DNA of 64,000 bases from Octopus bimaculoides (Eukaryota). Below the pieces are notes generated by a model, which was given only the letters and a program-made list of their open reading frames with translations, made no database searches and was not told the DNA's origin. Positions 54,424 through 64,000 of this stretch are shown here, piece by piece. Position 1 is the first letter of the stretch. Each line of letters begins with the position of its first letter. A program made the position numbers and the translations under genes. Location of the stretch: assembly GCF_001194135.2 (NCBI RefSeq), contig NC_068986.1, positions 88,216,306 through 88,280,305 of the forward strand. The letters run 5' to 3'.

Positions 54424-54649
54424 TATATGTATGTTGGCTAACGTAATCCAGGGTCTTCTGCAAGTAAGAAAAAAAATATAGCAATAGGATCATAGCTGAC
54501 CTGGGGCTAAATAGTAACAACAACAAGAGCAACAAACTAAAAGCCCTCATATGTATGTTTGATCTCTCTCTATCGCTCTCTTTATCTCTCCCTCTCTCAC
54601 ACACTCACATAACACTACCTTCATTCACATCCCTTTGTCTCTCTTTGTT

Positions 54650-54868
<219 letters not shown>

Positions 54869-55106
54869 TCTTCTCAGTTTCTTTTTGACATTCTCACATT
54901 AGGGATTTCAGAATTACTTATCTCTGTGACGTACGCCAAACCTCTAGCGTCCACAGACACGCTGCTGCCTCTCGTCCAAACATATCAATTCTCTCTGATT
55001 GCAGTTTAGATGCTTTGTTCCACATGCTGCTCCATTTTGTCTTTTGCTTTTGTGTATTTATTTTTGCTACTGTTCCTTGTTCGTTTTCCTTTCTATTTTG
55101 TTTTAG

Positions 55107-55143
55107 ATTACGGCGTGACAAACAGAGCGCAGCATCCCACATG
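55107..55143 (+). CDS. Candidate 37-nt exon of an unidentified host gene
   Basis: Long pyrimidine tract TCGTTTTCCTTTCTATTTTGTTTTAG| and donor ATG|GTGAGC. The sequence is more GC/CpG-rich than its flanks. Frames LRRDKQSAASHM or (D)YGVTNRAQHPT(W) are open. Confidence 0.5.
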
Positions 55144-55751
55144 GTGAGCTTGACTCTTACTTGTAGCTCTTGGAGAATGTATAACACATTCTTTAAACAC
55201 TTGATGTGTGATTGGTGCTCAAGACTTGATAGATAATGGATAAATACGTTGATAACTGCGTACATTGTTTGATGGTAGGTTGGAGAGATGGTTAGGTTGA
55301 TAGACGGATGGATGGATGGACTGAAGCATGGGGGAATATATGGACGGATGGGTAGGCGCATAGATGGACGGGTGGAAGATGGAATTAGTGAGAGAATATG
55401 AAGGTAAACAGAAGATAAAAGGAGAGGATGGTTGAATGGAAGGATGTGTGGATTGAAGGATTCACAACAAAGTAAACATACTCACACTCCTCACACACAG
55501 ACACACACACACACACATATTTATAAAGACACACACACAACATTGCACTTATATATACATACAAACATATATATGTCTGTGTATATATATATATATTTAT
55601 ATGTGTGTGTGCATGTGTGTGTGAGTCTGTGTGTTTGCACGCGTGTGTGTGTATGTATGCATGTATGTATGCATGTGCACAAAACTCTTGGCCTCTAAGT
55701 CACTTTTGTAACTTGTAACACACGTATATACAGAGATAGATAGATAGATAC

Positions 55752-55826
<75 letters not shown>

Positions 55827-56341
55827 TGCATATAGATAAAGGGGAAATTGATACAGTTTATTACCATTTCACAGAAATATTATTTCATCCCAAAGCAACT
55901 TACATCCGACTCTTATCTCTTACTGAAAGCTAAACAGAAGCGTTTCAATAAAATTTACATTTAAATCGATTCATTGAGTCCATCCATCATCTACAAGAAA
56001 AGTAATAGAGCAGAGTTTATCAAACACATATATTATATATTTATACATAAATATATAATATCAATATGTAATCTAAATAAATTTATATGCCAGTGTGCGT
56101 TGTTACCTTCTATTTGATTGTTTAAGGTAGTTAGAATAAAACTATTGGGATTAAATGTAAATAACATCGTGGAAAACAGAATAAATTTTACATTCAAATC
56201 ATATGTGATGGACGAGGTAATGTATTTACTAAATTACATACATTTATACAGAACTAAACTACGTATCTCAGACACATTCACAAAGTCTTGTGTAGGCGAG
56301 AGCGTTCGTGTGTGCATGTATAAGTTTGTGTATGTGTATGA

Positions 56342-56372
<31 letters not shown>

Positions 56373-56806
56373 ATCGTGCGTGTGTGTCAGTGAATGTATG
56401 TGTGTATGTGTGCATATGCGAGTCTACGTTTTCGTATAGATAGGTATTTAATTTTCAATTCCTGCATCTGTTTCGTATCCACAGAGGTTCTCTAAAATCT
56501 GCTACGTTACGTACGATATTTGCGTGTCTATATATGCGTATGTATGTACGAATGTATGTATGTATACTACCTACAAGAAACGCCCACATAACACACTCTC
56601 ATATTTGCATACAGGCACAGGTAACACATACGTAAATATACATTTCAAAATCTACACCTTTAAGCACAAGCGCATGTTTTCATTTTAATGTTTACGCCCG
56701 TAATCTATTCCACGAATATTCATGAAATATAAGTAAATAAAACAGCGCATATGAAAGAGGGGCAAGAATAGTATGTAAAAACAAACAGACAGAGAGGCAG
56801 ACAGAC

Positions 56807-56877
<71 letters not shown>

Positions 56878-57869
56878 CATATATGCAGAAATATAGGTAA
56901 ATTATGCACACACAAATATATACATCCAGGGATGTATACATGAATATAACATTCGACATACATTTATGTATAGATAATAAGCATATAGATATTCATACAA
57001 ATATTATACTTTCGGTGTTATTTACATCTCATCTCACTGGAGATCTGGAACGTATCAAAAGTTTCGTATCAAGAACCATAATTGCCCGTAAACCTGTCTT
57101 CAAAATCTTATCTCTTAAGCCACAATATATATATGCATATGCATACGCACACACACACGTACACGCGCCCGCACATACTCGCACTCACACAAATACTGCA
57201 TTGTATTATATGACCTTGGATTAGACAGTATTCAATATATCCTTAGATTCATTTAATATTGCACATTATAATGAAACTTAGTTATTGCTAGTTAGAAATA
57301 AGTATTTAATCACCAAGTGGTTACCTTTAATGAAATGTAATCAAGCAAAGGAGACAATATAGGTGTTTCTCTTATCTGCTGCCCTCACTTAATTTTACTT
57401 TCAATGTAAAATGTAGTTTTCAAGAAAAACAATCTCCATTGAACCCCGTATCATTGTCTTTGGGTCAAGTATAACTACACTATTTTGATAATGAACAACA
57501 CAATATCTTGGTTTCGTATTTTTGTCAGGAAGAATTTCCAGTGCTTAGCAAACTCTTTTGGGAGTGAAAGACTCATGGGAAAGACGGAGGACAGTATCCT
57601 CGAATTGGTGATCTGGCCCTTAACAGACTTCGCTTAAAGTACCCTAGTTATCAAGTTGGGGTGTTAAGCTTAGCGACCGATTCTGCCCACTAGTCACGTA
57701 GACCATCGGAGATGTAAACAAAGATATCAATGACACTGGAAAAATAATGCGAGGCACCCGGTTCCACGTTCTAACCATTTTCACAAACCACCACTACTTT
57801 GGATTCGTGCATTTTATCGAAGAATAAATAACATAGTTTATCTTCGTAAATAGTTTATTTTCGTAAATA

Positions 57870-58102
57870 TGCTAGTGTTCAATCCCTGCAAGTTGTGCAG
57901 CAGCAGTTGATGCAGCATCAGCAGTTCGTTGAACTGGTCACTGGTCATCTGTTTGGGGTGCTCTTGAAGTGTATGTACGTTCAGCATTTTGTGATCGTCT
58001 AATGTCAGTTTCGACTGACGATTCATTTTCCGTCCTTGCTGACGATCTCGCAGCTTTCGCAGTTTTTCGTCCAATTGAAGAACTCTTCCCTCGGGGCATG
58101 AT
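57870..58102 (-). mobile_element. Probable Helitron ORF N-terminus relic
   Basis: TTATTTTAG|ATC ATG followed by MPRGKSSSIGRKTAKAARSSARTENESSVETDIRRSQNAERTYTSRAPQTDDQ* (58099-57938). This resembles the MPRxxxSxIGRxT basic/helical starts of animal Helitron proteins (recognition from memory, not searched). Confidence 0.5.
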
Positions 58103-58384
58103 CTAAAATAAGCATGATGAAAAGCAGTGAGATACACTGTTAAGTATTAGATATTAATTGAAGGGTTAGTATGTAAGTGTAGATGAGTTACAAACTTGCA
58201 GCTGCTGCAGTAATAATGAACTGGTAGTAGAAAGGTATCTAGGACGTGTTGGTCGGCGCGAGGCTATGGTTGAAAGCACTTACTGGCGAACAGAGTGGAG
58301 AGAGGAAGAGGACAATTCACACAATCCGATGTTTTTCCTAAAGAAAATGGATATTCTTCCCAACCATACGGTTCCGGGTACAGT

Positions 58385-59012
58385 CCCCCGTTCGTGAGCG
58401 CGCATTTTTTTTTTTCATATTCGTTTACCACATGTTGTACATCTATTACACTATTAATTTTTTTTTTTTTTGCTCGGGTCAAACACTAGAGTTTAAAGGC
58501 CATGGTCTGACGATGTGAATTTTTCGAGTCCTCTCCCCAACTCCTTCGTTCGCGAGCGCGCATTTTTTTTTCCTATTCGTTTATAGCAAGTTGTTTTACA
58601 CCTATTACACTATTTTTCTTTCTTTTTTTTTTTGCTCGAGTCAGACCCTTTAATTTGACCTATTAGCTCAAGATATACAGTGGGATCGATCTCGGAACCT
58701 CGTGATTGCTAATGGAATTACTTAATCATTCTGCAGNNNNNNNNNNGCTTGGGTCAAACACTAGAGTTTAAAGGTCATGGTCTGACGATGTGAACTTTCC
58801 GAGTCTTCTCCCCACCCACCCCCGTTCGCGAGCGCGCATTTTTTTTTCCTATTCGTTTATAGCAAGTTGTTTTACACCTATTACACTATTTTTCTTTCTT
58901 TTTTTTTTTGCTCGAGTCAGACCCTTTAATTTGACCTATTAGCTCAAGATATACAGTGGGATCGATCTCGGAACCTCGTGATTGCTAATGGAATTACTTA
59001 ATCATTCTGCAG
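58385..59012. repeat. Local tandem duplication around a 10-N gap
   Basis: 58476-58736 is nearly identical to 58751-59012. A third partial, more diverged unit lies at 58385-58475. Confidence 0.85.
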
Positions 59013-59579
59013 TGCAGCGCTGAAAGAGAACATCATAGATTGCATTAGAATCACATCTGAGACAGCACCGATAATATTCTTAAAGTGTATCCTCAATTTT
59101 AGCAACCCAGAGAACACTGATTGAACGTCCCATGTTCGAAGATTGAGGTCAATCAATTTATTAAAACACTTCAAATAAGAAACTTTTTATTCTGAAAGAA
59201 ATCGTACACCGCTTACTCACACCACCTTTTCTTTACGTTCGTTTTCCTCGCTTCTTTTCTCACCCCCACCACCACCATCACCACGTCGCTTTCTTTCTAT
59301 ATCTTAGTTTTGTCCTCTCCTTCCATTTTATTCTATTATTCATCGTATTCACTCCCTGTCCATTTATCTACTTTCGTTTCTTCCTGTCTTCCCCTCTGCC
59401 TGAATCACTACGTCTCTCCTTCTATCACTGCTGCATCTATACACTTTCTCGCCCTCTCGCTCTCACTTTCTTTTTTTCATATATATATAAGTACGCAACC
59501 ATGTAGACACACACACACATATATATACATATATATATAAATATACATACATATAGATATGTGTGTGTGTATGTATGTG

Positions 59580-59655
<76 letters not shown>

Positions 59656-60078
59656 TATATATATATAGACAGAGAGAGATAGATAGGTATCTCCTCCCTC
59701 CCCTTTTATCTCTTAATACCTCCATCTCTTACTCCCTCCAATTGATGACCATATAATACTCTGTCAACCTCCCCAACCTCCCAGTATCTTCAAATTTTCT
59801 AAAACTGCCTGAAATTTCAACATAGACACTTAACAATTTCTTTCAAATGAGATTTGGCAATGGATTTTAAAATTTTTGTAATTAAGTTCAATTAAAGAGA
59901 AAACAAAATCATAAACAGAAACACCACCACCGCCGCCACAACCAGCAGTAACAACAACAACAACAACAACAAAACTAGCAACAGCAAGTACAGTAAAAGC
60001 AATAACGAAGACAATGAGAATAGTACGAAGAAAAAGAGCAAAAATATATCTTCATCTGAAATATCAAACAGAAAAAGA

Positions 60079-60125
<47 letters not shown>

Positions 60126-60876
60126 ATATCGACACCACCAAAAACAACAACGTTAACAATAACAACATCAACATCAAACAAATAAAATTTCCCGCCGAAA
60201 ACCTGAAATAAAGAGATAAAATTTACGACAATTAAAATCGTTTATTAGATTTACAGCATTGCCAAATAGCAGAACACTTATGAAGGATGTTTAGTCGAAT
60301 AAACTGGAGATTTACCTTTTTTCTTATTTCGTTATATATGTTGTTTTTTTATAATTGTTTCTATTGAAGTTGAAATTTCTATTATATTACTTTTTATTAC
60401 TATAATGGAAATAAAATTCCATACATTGTCATCTGTGAAGTTTTGTTGTGATGTATTTCTTGCAATATGTAATCATTATATATATGTATGTATATATGTA
60501 TGTATGTATATATATATATATATATGTATGTATATATATATATATATACATANNNNNNNNNNNNNNNNNNNNNNNNNNNNNNNNNNNNNNNNNNNNNNNN
60601 NNNNNNNNNNNNNNNNNNNNNNNNNNNNNNNNNNNNNNNNNNNNNNNNNNNNNNNNNNNNNNNNNNNNNNNNNNNNNNNNNNNNNNNNNNNNNNNNNNNN
60701 NNNNNNNNNNNNNNNNNNNNNNNNNNNNNNNNNNNNNNNNNNNNNNNNNNNNNNNNNNNNNNNNNNNNNNNNNNNNNNNNNNNNNNNNNNNNNNNNNNNN
60801 NNNNNNNNNNNNNNNNNNNNNNNNNNNNNNNNNNNNNNNNNNNNNNNNNNNNNNNNNNNNNNNNNNNNNNNNNNNN

Positions 60877-60973
<97 letters not shown>

Positions 60974-61091
60974 ACATGCATATGCTTATATATCATTCGT
61001 ATTATATATATATATATATACCTGTATACACATACATACAAACATTCATGCAAATACACATACATATATGTATGTATGTACGAATGTATAT

Positions 61092-61300
61092 TACTTTTTA
61101 CTCTTTTACTTGTTTCAGTCATTTGACTGCGGCCATGCTGGAGCACCACCTTTAGTCGAGCAAATCGACCCCAGGATTATTCTTTGTAAGCCTCGTACTT
61201 ATTCTATCGATCTGTTTTGCCGAACCGCTAAGTTATGGGGACACAAACACACCAGCATCGGTTGTCAAGCGATGTTGGGGGTGACAAACACAGACCCAAA
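61092..61300 (-). mobile_element. SINE family A 3' half
   Basis: TACTCTTTTACTTGTTTCAGTCATTTGACTGCGGCCATGCTGGAGCACC... Confidence 0.9.
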
Positions 61301-61316
61301 CATATACACACATACA

Positions 61317-61362
<46 letters not shown>

Positions 61363-62630
61363 AATGAAATATTCAAACACTGAGATTTGAAGTTAGATGT
61401 CACTATTGTTCATATCATCTGTGGATAAATTCAATATTTGATGATATCACCAGTAGTGGCATGGGTGGAACGCAGTTATGATAGCTTTAAGGAGCTATGC
61501 AATATAAATTTGCACGAAGCGTAATGATGCTTAATGAGCATCTACCTGCTAGATATACACACACACNNNNNNNNNNNNNNNNNNNNNNNNNNNNNNNNNN
61601 NNNNNNNNNNNNNNNNNNNNNNNNNNNNNNNNNNNNNNNNNNNNNNNNNNNNNNNNNNNNNNNNNNNNNNNNNNNNNNNNNNNNNNNNNNNNNNNNNNNN
61701 NNNNNNNNNNNNNNNNNNNNNNNNNNNNNNNNNNNTATATATATATATATAAGCCGTATAAAAGCCAAGAATTAATAGAACCGGATTCATTTCATTTTAA
61801 GGTTTGTTGTGAAGTGTTAGTTGAAGCTTGTTTGTATGGACACATTGGTAGTAACAAGAATGGCGAGGAATGTGTTGGCACTGACGCCGATGACAATCAG
61901 AATAGTGAAAGCAATCTGTATGATTATTTTTTTAATATTTCTCTACGTCAGCATTAGTCTAATAAATGTATAAATCGTAGTTGTTCCACGCTTGACCTTC
62001 CCTTTTATTTGTATATCAGAGATTAAATAGTATAGTTCATCTTTCTTTATACAAGTCGCCATTGTGTTTTCATGGAACATACGACTGCTGATAAGTTGAA
62101 GAATACTGCTAACTTAGCAACTGCGTATGACAGCGTTCCCCAACGTTTTTTTTTTTACTCTTGAAGAGATCCTGAAATACATCTCACGTCTCAGTGAACT
62201 TATTCATGATAAAATAAAAGGCATTACATAATATTTATTAATCATGTTTTTTTCATAATGATAAATTTCATAAGAGTTTTAACAACTGCTAAATCAATCA
62301 GATACCACAAAGAGATTTAAGACCTTGTTTAAACTAAACCCTAACAATTCTCCATTCTCCTAATAAGTCTTCCACACTACCTACAGAACAGTTATTCAAA
62401 TACGCTCTGAGTATATAATAACACTAATATAATACAGCAAAACACAAAACTCTAAATGCATTTGCGTATAATTAGACTGATTGTTTTTTCTTTTTTTTTT
62501 TGCATCTTTTTTTTTTTTTGTAGAACCCCCCAAAGTCCTAATCCCTAACCTTAGGGCTCCGCGGAACATCGAATAGGAAACGGTGAAAGAAAGATTCCTG
62601 GGTTTACCTGAAAGATAAAGTCGATGCATA

Positions 62631-62799
62631 GAAGAGGGGTGCTGAAAAGTTCCGAGATTTGGGTAAAAGAAAATACAGGAGGATCCTAACCACTACGCCG
62701 TATACCCGTGAGCATATGGCGTAGTGGTTAAGTGCGCGGGCTACTAACCCCAAGATTCCAAGTTCAATTCCAAGCAGTGACCTGAACAACAACAACAAC

Positions 62800-62837
<38 letters not shown>

Positions 62838-63179
62838 CAACAACAACATCGAAAACTACCTTAGGAATGAGAACCCAGGTTCGAAATTTCCCCAAGATAC
62901 CTGAAAAAGGCTGAGGGGTATATCAGCCGCAACAAACAAGATGGGGACAAATATCCGTCAAATGTAAATAATGTAAATAATGTGCATAATTCCTCATCTC
63001 TTAAATATAGAACTATACAGGAGGATCGGTTAATTATGATTTTATTCAACATATTTCCCTCCTACATTAAATCCCGTATTATAGCGTTCCTACAGATTTT
63101 CTAAGAACTCGGAAGATTCGTCCTCCAACCAGGCCCTTCGCAATAACTTTAAAGCCAGGAACTTTTCAGCACCCAGTCG
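62631..63179. mobile_element. Mariner-type MITE (TA-flanked) interrupted by a SINE
   Basis: TIRs: TA|GAAGAGGGGTGCTGAAAAGTTCC at 62631 and GGAACTTTTCAGCACCCAGTCG|TA ending at 63179. About 207 bp remain after removing the insert and one TSD copy. Confidence 0.88.
62686..63014 (+). mobile_element. SINE family D (tRNA-like head, internal (AAC/AAT)n, AATGTAAAT tail) with 13-bp TSD
   Basis: Head TGGCGTAGTGGTTAAG...AGTTCAATTCC. TSD ATACAGGAGGATC at 62673-62685 and 63015-63027. Confidence 0.88.
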
Positions 63180-64000
63180 TATATATGACACAAAGTGCTG
63201 TTGATATTGAGCAGAAACCATTATGCATTGGTCACTGGCGTTTATACCAAAGATAGCGTCCTTTGGTCGATACTACACCAGCAATGACCATCCTGTCAGT
63301 GTGGTAGAGTAAATATTAACAAAAGTGCTTGCGGACTTAAGAGGCCCCATAATGACAATTCCATTAATTTTGAACAAAGTGCATCAAAGATTTCGTAATC
63401 GAATACGTCCTCCCTTTTCAGATAATAATTTGTGTTCATTGACAAATGGTTACCATTTGCAGTAAATCGTGCGACCACATTGGAAAGGTAATGCTTAATG
63501 ACTATGGCGCACTGTCGATAATATTGTAATCAGCATTTTAAAAACGACGACGATGATGATCAAAGTTGTGGTGGTGGTGGTGGTGNNNNNNNNNNNNNNN
63601 NNNNNNNNNNNNNNNNNNNNNNNNNNNNNNNNNNNNNNNNNNNNNNNNNNNNNNNNNNNNNNNGTGGAGGTGTTGGTGTGGTGGTGGTTGTGGTGGTGGT
63701 GGTGGTGGTGGTGGTGCTATTGATGGAGAATGTATGTGTTGGAAACACCCATCCAACACCCATCAGTTCTAACGTGGACAATGAATCTGTTAGACATAAC
63801 AGCATGATCGCCTTCAAGTGACTGCCCATTGTCTTAGAAATTAACACATTAAAAAATCTAATTCACGGTACATATAGCTGAAAAACGCATGACGATCATG
63901 GTAAAAAGATATTGAATTGCAGGTCGATTTGACCAAGGATAATTCTGAAAATTGTTCTCCGTTGCCCAGTAGCAGCAGCAGTGGTGTTGGTAGTAGTAGT

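Noticed and set aside
56127-56216. 90-nt phase-0 exon candidate VVRIKLLGLNVNNIVENRINFTFKSYVMDE
   Set aside because: It is as AT-rich as its flanks and compatible with only one of the alternative frames of the 55107 candidate; support is insufficient.
62540-62557. CCCTAACC-TTAGGG telomere-like words
   Set aside because: Only one or two units in opposite orientations; this is not an interstitial telomeric array.

Overview
AT-rich eukaryotic draft-assembly sequence with many N-gaps. It is dominated by di-, tri- and tetranucleotide microsatellites and interspersed repeats, and looks like a very large intron or intergenic region. The repeat repertoire is consistent with an octopus-like mollusc genome (inference from repeat style, not verified). 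No intact protein-coding gene, true tRNA/rRNA gene or CRISPR array is supportable, and almost all listed ORFs are microsatellite or N-gap artefacts. Supportable features: (1) at least four tRNA-headed SINE families, labelled A-D here; (2) relics of RTE, CR1-like and R4/Dong-like LINEs; (3) a decayed maT (DD37D) Tc1/mariner transposon; (4) a mariner-type MITE containing a nested SINE; (5) Helitron coding relics and a Helentron-type non-autonomous element; (6) a few candidate short plus-strand exons of an unidentified host gene. Most interesting: degenerate Penelope-type hammerhead-ribozyme-like cores in several unrelated repeats, including inside a tRNA-headed SINE; microsatellite-associated insertion of R4/Dong LINEs and SINE B; a ~115-bp inverted-repeat element enclosing only microsatellites; and several fold-back structures that could be dsRNA/ADAR substrates if transcribed.
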